Part shown: piece after piece, positions 24,581-37,368 of the stretch | Layout of the letters: each line of letters begins with the position of its first letter | Position numbering within the stretch: the first letter of the stretch is position 1 | Origin: Eremomyces bilateralis CBS 781.70 | Lineage: Eukaryota | Assembly (NCBI GenBank): GCA_010015585.1 | Contig: ML975168.1 | Direction: 5' to 3' (one strand) | Length of the DNA: 64,000 nucleotides | Notes under the pieces: model-generated | Seen by the model: the letters and a program-made list of their open reading frames with translations, nothing else | Databases searched by the model: none | What the model was told of the DNA's origin: nothing | Program-made: the position numbers and the translations under genes

Positions 24581-25014
24581 ACGTAATCCACCAGCGAGCC
24601 GGCCAAACCACCGAGTCGGACAGGCCAAATCTCACCAAAATCGGGATATTTCATAGCCCCGTATCTCAACCACAGCATTGTAATAAAGTCCAAAGATTGA
24701 TAGATAAACTTTATTATTCGTTTTAAGCCTCTACTTAAATTCATAGAACTCTGGCTATTGTAGTTGTATATATACCTTGGTCTCAGTAGATTTTAGCACC
24801 TAGGATCTAGGTATATATTCAACTGCAATAGCCAGAGCTCTATGAATTTAAGTAGAGGCTTAAAATGACTGCTAACTTAAAGTTTATCTAACTATCAATC
24901 TTTGGACTTTATTACAATGCTGTGGTTGAGATACAGGGCTATGAAATATCCCGATTTTGGTGAGATTTGGCCTGTCCGACTCGGTGGTTTGGCTGGCTCG
25001 CTGGTGGATTACGT
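24581..25014. mobile_element. 434-bp foldback MITE (Fot1/pogo-like termini), TA target duplication
   Basis: TA|ACGTAATCCACCAGCGAGCC...GGCTCGCTGGTGGATTACGT|TA. Near-perfect inverted arms of ~200 bp (24581-~24778 vs ~24808-25014) around a short spacer. No transposase. Confidence 0.92.
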
Positions 25015-25265
25015 TAGTTAACTATGGTATGCTTCCAGAGCATACCCATCCAAATTCACATCCCTTCATTATTCTTCAGAAACTACTTGAGAAAGAATGA
25101 TCGGGATCAGATAATGTTTGTCAAGCCCTTCTGACTATCTATGTGAGCAAAGGATTCTTGCGTGACGACTAAGTAATAACTTCTGATCCGCAAAACATCA
25201 TCTTCAATCATAAGCGGAGAATATACCGTAATATGCAGCGAACGGGATATAACGCCTCTCTGTAT

Positions 25266-26184
25266 TCACCCCGCTAGCTCTACCGGAAAGTCTATCGGAC
25301 GTTCCTGCTTTACCGGACAGTCTACCGGATGTTGCTGCGTGGCTGGTTGGCTAGGAGTTCGTTTCCTCCACCAGAACGAATATACCGCGAAGCAGATTGC
25401 AATGATGCAAACCAGGGGAATGCTAACACTTAGGCCAACGATAAGTCCCAGATTCCTATCATCGTCATCGCCACGGCTATTGTTACTGTCATTAGGATTG
25501 TAGGGCGAAGGGCCTGATGGAATCGGTGTTCTCGATGATAACGACGTCGACGACACGACCGAGGTCGTTGCCTGGGATGAAGTGGTAGTGCTCTCACTAG
25601 CAGTTTGGAATGTGGCTGCCGTTCGCTCAGGGCCGTATGTGAAGGTCGTGCTTGGGGCTCTATCGGCAATGCTTCCCTGATTGTCGAGAAAGATGCCAGC
25701 ACCATCGTTACAACAGCGCGGACGGTTTTCACAGCAGAGAGAGCCGTTATCGCATATATGCACACGTGGAAAAAAGCCAGTTGTTTCATCTTTGAACTAG
25801 TTGTTAGCTGCAGACCCTGTGTATGCTTTCATCCGTTCTTTGCAGTCATAGAGTTCCAATTCTCTTCTATAGAGGACGACTCCAGGCTCCAGAGTACTTC
25901 ACAGTGGACTCACTATAGAGACAAATCTGCGCACAGGTTCCCGAGTCGTATGGATCAACCCTACATGGTCCTCTCACAAGAATTCCCGGCCCGTCGCCAG
26001 GGTTGTGGCATAGTCGATTAGACAGACAGTCGGCTTCTATACCGCAGCAAGCATTCGATCCGGGGCATCTCGTGTTGTTTCCACGAGGATTTCCATCGAA
26101 CCCGTAGCAAGTTATGCGACCAGCGCCGCGAACACCTTGTATAGCGGCCGCCAACACGAACGCCGGAATCCAGGTCGACCGCAT
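25266..26184 (-). CDS. Signal-peptide, Cys-rich ectodomain, Ser/Thr stalk, single-TM cell-surface protein (Mid2-like topology); intron ~25913-25790
   Basis: MRSTWIPAFVLAAAIQGVRG; TCY...CPGSNACC...CLSNRLC...RGPC...CAQICLY|NETTGFFPRVHICDNGSLCC...CC; S/T tract; TM LIVGLSVSIPLVCIIAICFAVYSFWW; tail PVELAG. Confidence 0.85.
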
Positions 26185-26734
26185 TTCAAGTCAAAAGCAT
26201 CAACCTCAGTGTTGTTATTCAATCAATATATCATTCATAGGGGAACTTTCTTCAACTAGATTTAGAAAAGGGGGCCTGGACGAGAATGAGCTGAGCTAAT
26301 GCCCAGACTGCGGCGCCACCGAGTTTATCAACTGAAAAGAGTGAGTGAAACCTGAGCATGACCAGTCGAGGCGTACATATCGCAGGGGTCTTCGGACACT
26401 TGCACAACCATCACTTCTGCTGACGATACGGAGTAACCAATTACGAATTGAATTTATTGTGTCACCTTGGCAGCAAAGGTGTAAGCGCCATTGCGAAGAG
26501 CTGAAGCCATTGGACACTTGTCCCGCATTTGGTTTGTGTTCCCGAAAGGGTTACATTACGCAGCACCCCTTATATTGTCCCTTGCTTTCCAGGTATACTC
26601 TTTGGTGGATGTGTCCATAGCATTCTTTTGAGGAACATTGGCTTTGATTTTTGTGTTCGTGATCTTGTATTCTTGCTCGATAGGGATACTTGAGCCTTCT
26701 TCAATCATCTTCAGCCGTATTGGCCCAGTCAGTG

Positions 26735-28210
26735 ATGTTTCAATACCTAGTCCAACAGGCTGGAACAGTTTTCGGAGCACCTCGCCGGAGCCTCATACGG
26801 TGCTGCATTCTATCATTTCTATCACTCGCACTCCTTACTCTATTTTGCTGGGAAGGGCCAAGCCGACTCGTCAAAGACAAAGACTTTGACGAAGCATCCT
26901 TGGACCCATATAGACACATCACACAGATGGCAGAGAAATACTCAGTCGATATTATCCACCCCCCCTACAAAAACCAGTTCTGGGAGGTTGGCCAGCGGTC
27001 GAGACAACTCAGCCAGTGGCTCTCGAAAGCAGATGATCTAGATCAGAACTCTAACGAGAGAAAGGCCATTCTAGCGGCAGTAGAGACTGCGGCTACAGCT
27101 CTCTTCCCATTCTTGAAGGGCTCTCCGAGACAAACCAACAGCAAATTGCCGCCCTTGGCCCGTCTGAGGAGTTCTTTCGAGAAGGGTTCTCGGGGAATCG
27201 TCATTCCTGTGGGTGGAGGAGATGAATCCGTCCGCTACGCCAGTCACTTGGTCGTCTCGTTGAGGCAGATTTTTGGATGCCACCTTCCGATCCAAATTGT
27301 CTATGCTGGTGAGAGCGATCTGTCGAAGAACAACCGCGACACCATCTCAGCGCTTGATGGTACAAAGGACATCGAGTTCTTAGATGTCTTAACCATCTTT
27401 GACGACTCGACGCTGCGCCTCGAAAAAGGGGGCTGGGCCATCAAACCGTTTGCCGCGCTGGCGTCTCGATTCGAACAGGTAATTCTCCTGGATGCTGACG
27501 TCGTATTTCTACAAACACCAGAAACTCTCTTCGGACAGCGCCCATATATCGAAAACGGTGCCTATTTATTCCACGATCGACTGCTTTGGCAGCACGCCTT
27601 CCGTGACAGACACGACTGGTGGGAAGACCAAATCAAGAAACCATCACCGGCTATGTCTAAGTCTCTTGTCTGGACCAAGGACTACGCAGAGGAATGCGAC
27701 TCGGGGGTCGTCGTCGTAGATAAGGCCCGACCAGAAGTCCTCGTGGGGCTGCTCCATATCGCGTGGCAGAACACCTACGACGTACGTGAAGAGGTCACAT
27801 ACAAGATTACGTACGGTGATAAGGAATCATGGTGGCTTGGCTTTGAACTTGCTGGATCGGGCTACGAGTTCGAAGCCCACTATGGATCCATGGTGGGGTG
27901 GGCGCCCACCAACGAGGACGGCGATGCCGAAGACCAGGTTTGCAGCTTCGTGATTGCGCATCTGGACGGAGACGAAAATTTGATCTGGTACAATGGCGGC
28001 TTGCTCAAGAACAAGCTCGCGGAGCCGCAGGAGTACGCGGTGCCGAAGTTTTGGATGGTCAACGGGACCTGGGAGAAGGGCGCTACGAAGCAGGAGATGA
28101 GCTGCATGGTTGGTGCTGAAGTAAGGCGTCTGACGGGGGAGCAGCAGAGCATACTGCGGCGGAGCATAGAGGTGGCTACGAGGGTGGATGAGGTCTTGGG
28201 CCTAGGGTGA
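26735..28210 (+). CDS. Glycosyltransferase family 71, alpha-1,3-mannosyltransferase (MNN1/MNT-like), intronless
   Basis: Type II TM anchor, SRGIVIPVG, LPIQIVYAG, GGWAIKPFAALASRFEQVILLDAD (DxD), FHDR, DSGVVVVDK, YGDKESWW, WYNGGL. Confidence 0.92.
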   Translation: MFQYLVQQAGTVFGAPRRSLIRCCILSFLSLALLTLFCWEGPSRLVKDKDFDEASLDPYRHITQMAEKYSVDIIHPPYKNQFWEVGQRSRQLSQWLSKADDLDQNSNERKAILAAVETAATALFPFLKGSPRQTNSKLPPLARLRSSFEKGSRGIVIPVGGGDESVRYASHLVVSLRQIFGCHLPIQIVYAGESDLSKNNRDTISALDGTKDIEFLDVLTIFDDSTLRLEKGGWAIKPFAALASRFEQVILLDADVVFLQTPETLFGQRPYIENGAYLFHDRLLWQHAFRDRHDWWEDQIKKPSPAMSKSLVWTKDYAEECDSGVVVVDKARPEVLVGLLHIAWQNTYDVREEVTYKITYGDKESWWLGFELAGSGYEFEAHYGSMVGWAPTNEDGDAEDQVCSFVIAHLDGDENLIWYNGGLLKNKLAEPQEYAVPKFWMVNGTWEKGATKQEMSCMVGAEVRRLTGEQQSILRRSIEVATRVDEVLGLG

Positions 28211-31119
28211 TGGTGTCAAAGTCTCTTATATCGCCGAAGATGGACGACAACTCGGTGGCCGGACATGCCATATTTCCGTAGCTAAAGAGCTAGTATCGAT
28301 TAGGGTTACGTAACATAAGATGTAGGTTACAGAGATTTGCCATAATATCGATCCACTTATGAAGGATCGATTGATTGATTCATGATTGATTCGTGAACCC
28401 GTTCGGGCCAACCTCAGTCGGTCCACGTCGGGAACTAGCTGACTAGTCTACATTGTATGAAGCGTCCTGTTCGTGGTCTGTTCCTGTATCCTCTCTGTTC
28501 CAATCCATGTGGCCGAGATGGTCGATGATGAGGGCCGTCTAGGTTATCTACCATTGGGAACTCTGTTCTTGCTTGCGACGCAGCGTTGCTTTGCGATTGA
28601 CGACATCCCAGCATATTATCTGGATCTATCGTTGTGTGTTCAATCTGTTGGTCTCCTTCGCGACCTCTCGGTCTGGTTTCCATTGGTCAATAGGTCCGTC
28701 CTTCTCTTGCGAGGTGTATGCCCCTAGGAGGTGTACTAGGTCACCGTGTCGTCTTCCGGCTTTGACTATCATGGTTGCTCTCTGTGTACTCCATAACTCG
28801 CACTTAAGATGGTGATGTACTGTTTCCGTGAGGTTCGAGTTAAACAGACCACTCGTCTTTCTTTCCCGAACAGTATGGATATCGACTATGAAAATTTCCC
28901 CGGGCTAGCTCTATAAATAAGACCGGCTCGCTCTACCTCCTATATCCGTCAATGTGGTGATTGTGTTTCATGTTATTCACCCGAACTATAATTTGCCCAG
29001 GTATTGATCAGTCGATTCAGTGCGAATTATTTTATATAACCACAATATTGGCAGATCTAACCGCCATATTTTATAAATATTCTTTGAGCAGGATTATAGC
29101 GCAGAGATGGGTACCAATTCAAATATACAGCTGTGAATGCACTTTCGCTTAGGTCGCGTCTTAAGCCGTCTTCGACGGGGCCTCCCAGGCTGCTCAAGCA
29201 CGCACCAATTGTCGAACCTTGCTATATATACCCTTCTTCTAGATTCCTAGAGGGCGTCCCTTTTGGGGATTTAGCTTGGTTGGGTAGATTCATCACCAAT
29301 GCTCTCATCGTGCAAGTGCAGCGAGCATATTCTGACGCCCGTTTTCTCGGCGTTGGAGACCTTGTGCAGCGGGACCAGACCACGAAAGCAAGGAAAAATG
29401 TCTTTGCTTTAACGGGAGCCGTCTTATTTATGGTGCGGCTGATTCGCGCCGGATGGGAGAAAAAATGCTGAGGATCGACTATATAGTCCCTTCGCAGAGG
29501 ACGCCAGCACAAAGTCAAACCTTTCGCCATATGTCTTTCCGCATATGGAAAGTTTCACGGTATGGAAGGGAGATTATGCTGAGCAATTTTGTTTCAAAGA
29601 ATACCAAGTTGAATTGATCCAATAGGGTTTATCTAACCTTCAAAAATACTGGAGTAAAATTATAAACGGCATACCCGCCGCCAGTACCGGCGGCCCTTCT
29701 ACAGCTAGTTAGTTAACTACGTGATGTAGTTCATTCAAAGGGAACCGGTCAAGACTTTGTTTTAGTAGCATGGAAGCGCGTACTATGGTGTAAAATTGCC
29801 TAGAAATATTATTGCCCTGGCTATTCGGGACCAGGGTTGTGTATGGATAGTCTACACGTATGGTACTGCGTTCTCACTGAAAGCCTTGCGATCGTCTAAG
29901 GAATCTTGGAGAGAGGCTTGTCGCAAGGCTTTCTGGCGCAGTTAATTTTAGGGTCTTTTGGCCGCGTACACTCACATGGTCCCGCAAGCGGTGCGAGATT
30001 GGTGCCTGGAAAAAAACCAATCTGTTTCCGTCGGCTTGTGGCTTCTACTAACTGACTGACAAGCTATGGAGTGTGCGGCACCAATGAAGCCCACATGCAT
30101 GAAGAAAGAGTAAGGCGAAGAAGATCCGTGACTGTCGTTCGAATTGCCTCACAACAAGAATTGAATTTGCCTTCATAGAATTCCACTCAGATACTCAACC
30201 TTGCTGAGGAATTTTAGATCTGGGATATGCATGTCTTGCCATAGAAGAGGCTGCCTCCGAGACGCCGCAATTCGCCTCTCCCCTTTCCATCGCAATCCGA
30301 ACACGCACATGAGCAGAACAAGCGGTACAAATTTGGAGCGTCGGCTGTCTTCTAAAATCCCACGAGATGCTGTTTTTCTATATCCAACAAGTCACTGTCT
30401 CCAAATTCCCACTCTCCCCAAGAGAATCAGCCAATTCAGTTCGACATGTTCCATGAAGAAATAATATAGGGCCCCTCCAGGATACGAAAAGCACAAGAAA
30501 TGCTATGTCGAAGCGGAGTTGGAAACCAAGACAATTTAAGAGCAGAATATGTACCTAAGGATTCAACGAGAGGACGCCGGATAAATTTTTAGCGGAGAAT
30601 CTTCAGTCTATGACGGAAAACTTGGGCTTGGAACGGACCCTTAGCGATCGATGCGCGAGATGAGAACCGTCGAGCTCGCTCAAGACACCGCCTTCCGAAA
30701 GAAGGGACCAACGAGCATCGTGGATACTTCTCATCCGATGACCGGTTCGGATGGAGGTGAAGAGGAGTAAAAGGTGGCCGAAACTGGGTATATTGGAAGG
30801 AACTTGGGGCATCCGCATACACGCACTTGGCAAATGATACCATTGCAAGTATGGGAGATGTCTCCTTTAGTGGAACTGAAGGCCGGTATGGAGGATCAAT
30901 ATTGGAAGGACGACGAAACCATTCGGTGTGGCTATCAGATAGCAGATTGATCTTTGAATGTTTCCGGATGTATAATAATGGAATGATATTGATATGTTAC
31001 AAAGCCTGAGACGATAACCCCGCGCTATGCTGCCTCGTAAGCCATAACCTCATTACATCATGAAAATCAAATGCTCATCGGGGATTAGTATCCAAAATCA
31101 TGAGAAGTCGTCGCACTTC

Positions 31120-33352
31120 TCAGACGTCCATCATCTCCTGCCCCTGAACCCCTTCAATATTGACCTTTTTCTGCGCCGGCCCCTCGCTAACCTTCTCGGT
31201 CTGCACGTTGCTCACGTCCGCCAACGGCTGTCTCGGTGCTCCTCCCATCGCCTCCGCCGGCCGCTTCACCCCTGGCTGAAAAGTCGGGGGCTTGTAGGAA
31301 TTTCGATTCGCGAGTGGGCTGTTCCGGTTCTGCGGCATTCCGACGCGTCGATTTGTGTCCGGTTGGGCGAAATTGGAGGGGTGAGGTTGCTGGCCGTTTG
31401 GATGTACCGGATGAAATGGTCGAGGACTCTGGTTTCGTGAGACGGGTCCTGGAGACTCAACTCGATTCGGCGCGTTCGTGTTCGTATTTGCACCGCCGAT
31501 CTCCGATCTTCGTATCGGTCGGGAGACGCTATGGTTGACTAGGTGGGACCGGCGAAGAGAGGAGCTTTCGGCGTTGGGGTTGAAGGCGGGGATGTCTGCA
31601 GGGAGGGGTGCTGCGGAATTGAGTGCCTGCTGCACGGCCTCAGCCGCGTGACCAGTCACAAATCCAACCAGCTGAGGCTGGTCGTTTTGTCCCTGCTGTC
31701 CCTGCTGTCCCTGCTGTCCCTGCTGTCCCTGCTGTCCCTGCTGTCCTTGCTGTGATTGTTGTGGCAGCTGTGGTGCGTTTGCAGCCAGATGGGCAAGTGC
31801 GTCAGCCAACCCAGTGCCCCCGGTTCCAGATTGTGAAGGTCGGACAGGATTTGGGTGATGGACAGGTCCCCCGTTCCTAACTTGTCGGCTTGCGTTGGGT
31901 CCTTGAGCAGCTGTGGGCAGTGGCTTTTGCTGAGGTGGAGGTGGGAGGATGAAAGTCTGGCCGTTGTGTATGACCGAGTGCCCTTTGCCTTGTTGCCCGG
32001 GGGTAGTCGACTGGCCCGGAGGACTAGGGGTTTGCTTTTGAGGAGCTGCGGTAGAAACGTCGCCGGGTCCAGATGTAGAAACTGGTCTCTGCTGTGGAGG
32101 CACAGAACCGGCATGATTGGCGTCAGGCCTTCTTGCCTGATTTAGATGAATCTGCTGTCCTCCTTGGACTGGAACTTGTCCCGGAGGGGTTGTTCGCGCT
32201 TGATGATTTGGATGATTCGATTGAACTCGTTGTCCTCCATGGGCTGGGGGTTGTCCCGGAGGTGTATTTCGTGCTGGAGGATTTGGTTGAACCGGCCGCT
32301 GCTGTTGGGGCTGCTGGGGTCGACCCTGCTGAGCTTGAGCTTGGGCCTGTGTATGTTGCGGCGGCTGTTGATGCTGTTGCGGTTGGTTCGCGTTGGATGC
32401 CCTGTTTTCGGGCTCTGCTTTCGGCTGAACTTCTAAAATCACGGCTCCGGCGGGGACAAAGTTTGACTCATCGAAGTCGTCAAACGCGTCGAGGGAATAC
32501 CCGAAGCTATCAAGCTCAGGAACTGTTGTGGATGCAGGCTTTGCGGCTGTCTCAGCAGTTCCATTGCGAGGATTTGTCTCAATTGGTTGAGGTTTTGGCT
32601 CTGGCTTTCGATAATCCACGTGTCGGTATAGGTTGTCCTCCGACCATTTTGCCGGTACGACTTTTAACTTGCTGACACGGGAGAGATAGTCTTTGTCGTA
32701 GATGCAGTTGCCGAGCAGGTTGCCGAATGACCGAAAGGACCGCTTCATGGCATCTGTCACTGCTTCTTTCTTCGCCTTCTCGAAAGCTTGTGATTTGCTT
32801 TTGGAATTCTCGCATTGGCCGTAGCCGATATCCTACAGATGTTAGCTACAATCATCATGGGAATGTGATCTCGATTCAATTACCTCATGAAAGGTGCCAT
32901 CTTTCAATGTGACTCGGACAACGGCTGATAATCCAATGTTTATACGGGAATCTTTGAGTTGATCCACCTTTGCCACTGTCAGTCGCTCTGCAGTTCCGTG
33001 TAGAATACAGTCAAACCGAACTTACGAAGTCAACTTGAAAGTTTTGAATTGAGCTTGACCAGCCATTGAAGCCAAACACTTCATTGGCAAGGTTGATCAG
33101 CTTCTCTGAAGTCACATAGTGTAGCCGTTGTCCTCCTGCTCCCGGTCTCGTGGAGATATATTCCGGGCCTAATTGTTTGTCTAGCCGAGATTGCAAAGTC
33201 GCGATCTCCTTCGCGGTATATTCATTGATACGCGGTACTTTGTCTTCGAAAGGGTTGGGTATATTCCGCGCAATACGCGCCTGTTCCTCGTGTCTGGATG
33301 TGGTCGTTAGTCGTACGTCGACATGATATGGAACCAAGACTTACGTTGGCAT
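31120..33352 (-). CDS. RAD52: DNA repair and recombination protein Rad52/Rad22, multi-exon
   Basis: [66 protein letters not shown]...[15 protein letters not shown], followed by a long Q/P-rich C-terminus. Confidence 0.96.
31688..31750. repeat. Coding 9-bp minisatellite (TGTCCCTGC)x7 encoding (QQG)n in Rad52
   Basis: Six perfect units plus one with a single mismatch. Confidence 0.95.
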
Positions 33353-33945
33353 ATTGAATGATTAGTTCATTCCAAGTTGTTCAAGATCAGAATCAATATG
33401 GAGAAGGATGTAGGAGTTCACCTCAGGTACTCGAGGGTGAAGAGGCGAGTTCGAAGGCGAGATGTTGAGTTGCGCGAGGAAGACGCGACAGAAGTCTTGG
33501 CCCCGTGGGGGCAAAACGCCAAATCACCTGACCTGCAGGCAACCATTGTAGCCTGATAATTAGATGCCTTACAGCCTCAGCATTTGTTTACACTTTACGG
33601 TCTCAGATGTTTGTTTTAATATCGTAGATATCATCCTTCACCTCCGCTTGATTTAATGTTGTATGACAAGATCCAAAGTTCGCCATCACCGATTTCTAAG
33701 TGGTCTCGTGCATATCTCTTCGGCCGATCTCCAGAAGTCAGTGATGTCATGCTGTAGAAGGTACAGAACCGACCATCGCGACTGTAGTTCCACTGATTCC
33801 ACCAATCGCTGATGCTTCGTAATGCTCCGCGGCTACAGAGGAGATGTCTTTCTACCATGCGCTACTAAACGATTCTGATATTGACAGTCATTGATGCTCC
33901 AATTCTAAACCACCGCTCGTTTCTCGTATTCCTCATTTCTCAATC

Positions 33946-34729
33946 ATGGACGAACAGGTCGAACGCCTGGTTTCCAAAGTCAGGGGTAATTGTCACCATT
34001 AAAGTCCCTACAGCGCCAATAACCAACAACCTTCCAGCCAAACTCGAAACTCTCCCCGAATCCCGCCGCCTCCTCATCGCCGTCTCCGGCATCCCCGGCT
34101 CCGGCAAAACCACCCTCGCCTCCCGCGTCTCATCCAACCTCAATGCCATCCATCGCGCCTCCGCCCCGGGCCTCGCCGACTTCCCCCCCGCCGGCTTCAT
34201 CCCCATGGACGGCTACCACCTCACCCGCGCCCAGCTCTCCGAGATGCCCGATCCCGCTGCCGCACACGCCCGTCGCGGCGCCGCGTTCACGTTCGACGGG
34301 ATGAGCTTCCTGGACCTCGTGCGGCGGCTCCGCGAACCGATCTGTCCTGAGACGACGACGCTGTATGCGCCGGGATTCGACCATGCGGTGAAGGATCCGG
34401 TGGCAGACGAGATTCCGATACCGAAGCATATGCGGGTGATTTTGTTTGAGGGGAATTATTTGAGTTTGGCGAGGGTGCCGTGGAAGGAAGCGGCGGGGAT
34501 GATGGATGAGCTGTGGTTTGTGGAGGTGGATTTTGAGGTGGCGAGGCGGCGGCTGGTAGCGAGGCATTTGAAGGCGGGGATTGCGAAGGATGAGGAGGAG
34601 GCGAATCGGCGGGCGACGGATAATGATTTGGTCAATGGAAAGGAGATTGTCGAGAATCGACTGGAGGTTCAGGAGATGATCGTGAGCAACGAGGACGATT
34701 TGTGGAAACCTGAAGCGCAGGGTGTATAG
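33946..34729 (+). CDS. P-loop kinase, YFH7/uridine kinase/phosphoribulokinase-like; intron after codon 13
   Basis: MDEQVERLVSKVR|AKLE...IAVSGIPGSGKTT, IPMDGYHL, RRGAAFTFD, PGFDHAVKDP, LFEGNYL, RLVARHLKAGI, NDLVNG. Confidence 0.9.
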
Positions 34730-35210
34730 GGGTATAAAATTCCGCTGTCAGGGGCAGGATCAAAGAGTGACCTATATGCTAAGAAAACATGGATACCTTC
34801 AGTACGATAGCAAATGACATGATAACGAAGCACTAAGAAAGTAGCCTTACCATGTATGACTTTGTTTACTACTCTTAGTATACGATTTCTTCCCGTACGC
34901 TCTACACCTTGCTTGGCCAGAGCACAATTCTATAGAGCTTCTAGGCCTCGGTTTTTATTTGAATCGAAGGTTCAGACGTGTAGAAAGAGGCAAAAAAAGA
35001 AAATCGAAAAAGAAACACGGCAACAAGATCTCAAGGGGGACCAAGGCGATTCACAGTCAAGAGAAACGCAAAGATGATGCCGACGTATCAATTCGGCTCG
35101 GAAGGAGCTTATCAGCGTCGAAGAAACAGACCATACCACCAGGTCATCGGATTAGAAACAAAGGGGTATTAGATACGATATTCAGACCTTCACTCCTCCC
35201 AGCTCTTACT

Positions 35211-37368
35211 CTACCCACCCCTTCTCTGCTGTCCTTGCATCTCCTGCATCTCCACCCCATTCCCTCCACTCCCACGTCCCTCTCCCTCCCGCTCCCCCTC
35301 CGCTTTCACCCCACCCCCCTTCCCCTTCCGCACCCCCAACCGCTGATCACCCTCGACATAATCTTTCTTGAATCGCAAATACGTCGGGCCGCGTGGGCGC
35401 ACCAGCACCGCGACCCAGTTCCGCCAGAGACTCCCCTGGTCAAACGGACGATGCCGTTCCTTCTTCGAGAACTTCCGCGAGTTGAGATATTCGCGGGTGG
35501 TCTCGCCGCGCGCCATGAGGAAGACGTGGTAGCCGAAAAGGCTGAGAGGGTACGGCGTGGCGAGGACGGCGTAGACGAGCAAGGCGAGGGCGGCGCGCTC
35601 GGGGGCGGCGGCGGCGACGGTGGCGCCGAAAGATAGATTGGCGCGGTGGGCGGCAACGAGGAGGTGGGCGAGAGAGGCGGCGAGGAGGGCAGCGCCGAGG
35701 AGGGAGGCAGATGCGACGAAGGCGAAGAAGTAGCGGTAGTTGCGGCGGCCGACGCAGTTGTTAAGCCAGACGCAATGGTGGTCTTGGGTTTCGACGCAGG
35801 AGTCGCAGAAGCGGCAGTGGTGGGCGCGGGGGGGGCGCCAGATGGTGCAGGTTTTGCAGTGCTTGGTGGGGACTTCCATGGCGGTGTGGTGGCTGGGGTC
35901 GGTTTGGGAAGGGGGGGAGTGGGTGAGGCGGGAGAGTAGGGAGGGTTTGCGGTGGGGATTGGAGAGGACGAGGGACCAGGCGGTGAGGGCGGGTCCGATG
36001 GTTAGGAGATCTTGGTCGGCGGGTGTGGGGGGGAATGGATGGAGGTTTCGAGGTAAGATCTAGACTCGTGAGCTTGGTTTTCAATGGAAATCAGTAAACT
36101 TACCCCGGGGTCCGTCACGGAGGCGTGAAGGAAAGAGGATATGCATATTAAGTACAGATAGGCAAACACAATGGGTATCGCTGGTGAAACATGAAGCCAA
36201 AGGAAAGGCGCGCTGTAGACATGTTAGCATTCATCGAGTTGCCTGCCTTTCAAACTTACGAGAATCCGAAAAAGATCGCTCCGGGGATAATCACGAACAG
36301 GCCAGTGGCAATGTTGACCGGCCTCTCTCGCGTGTTCTGGAATCGACCACCCCAGAAGAATACCATGTTCCCCGTAAAGTACTCATAATTCTTCCCCAAG
36401 TCTTTCTGCATGCGATTGATTTCTTGCGCTCGAGCTTCGCGCTTCATCTTGTCCGAACGAGGGCTATCGTCCTGTCCGCTAGGGCTAGAACCCCCCGAAG
36501 GAAGCTTCTCATGTCCGCGACCCGAGTTCGAAGGATTTCTACTGCCTCTGCTAGGCAGGATGAAGCTTGATCGGAAGCTGCGCGGGCTTTTCTGAGGCGG
36601 GGCCTGGTTCGATTGATTCTGTGTATCCAAGTGCAAGTTCTGCGGTGCGGGTCGTTGCAGAGGAGCGATGCTCTCTCCTCGGCTCCGCAGCGTTTCCGCT
36701 CCGGTAGGCGATGTGTTCCCCGTCGTTTGAGCCATATATGCATCCGCTTCCGTGAAATCCGATGCTCGTGACGGTGGAGGCCGCAGGTCGGTCAGGGTAT
36801 GCGAAACCATCGCTCCCGACACCGCCGCATCTCGCAAAGTCGGATTGGAGCCGGTGCTCGCGTGGGACCCGGCCGTTGGTGACGTACTCATTTGATCTGC
36901 ACTCCCCGGGTGAGAAGTCGTCGATGCGCGCTGTCCCCGCTGTGCCTGTAGTCTTTGCGAGCTCATGGGTCGGAAAAACGCATGAGACGCCAGACTTGGA
37001 ACATGCGTCCTGCTATGGCTTGTCGGTGGCCGTGTTCCCGTGCTGGCTGCGCCGGTACTTCCCGCAACGCTTCCCCCAAGTCCACTGTGATATGCTTTCC
37101 CGCGTCGAGATGGGCCCGCGGACCATGCGCTTGCTCCGCCGCGGACGGATGATTGTGCGGTTGTCGCGGAGGACGGGCGCGATGGCGGGATACCGGGGTC
37201 TCCAGGGGGTCCGGTGGTTCCTTGAACTCTATGCGACGATTGCGGAGGTCGGTTGCTGTGGCTGCTCAAAGGGGGAAGGGGTGCGTCGGCCTCTTCGGAT
37301 GGGGTGTCGGACATTCTGGAGGAGGTAATGCTGGGTTCTGGCGCATCGCCGGTGCCTTGGGTTTCCAT
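35211..37368 (-). CDS. ERF2: DHHC palmitoyltransferase Erf2 (Ras PAT), 3 exons
   Basis: [82 protein letters not shown]. Confidence 0.93.

Noticed and set aside
28400..30900. Short ORFs and ACTAG/TAGTTAACTA palindromic bits suggesting transposon footprints
   Set aside because: No TIR pair, transposase or coherent reading frame could be established.
33472..33489. CGCG (MCB-like) boxes upstream of RAD52
   Set aside because: Plausible, but not a perfect ACGCGT and too short to support without conservation data.
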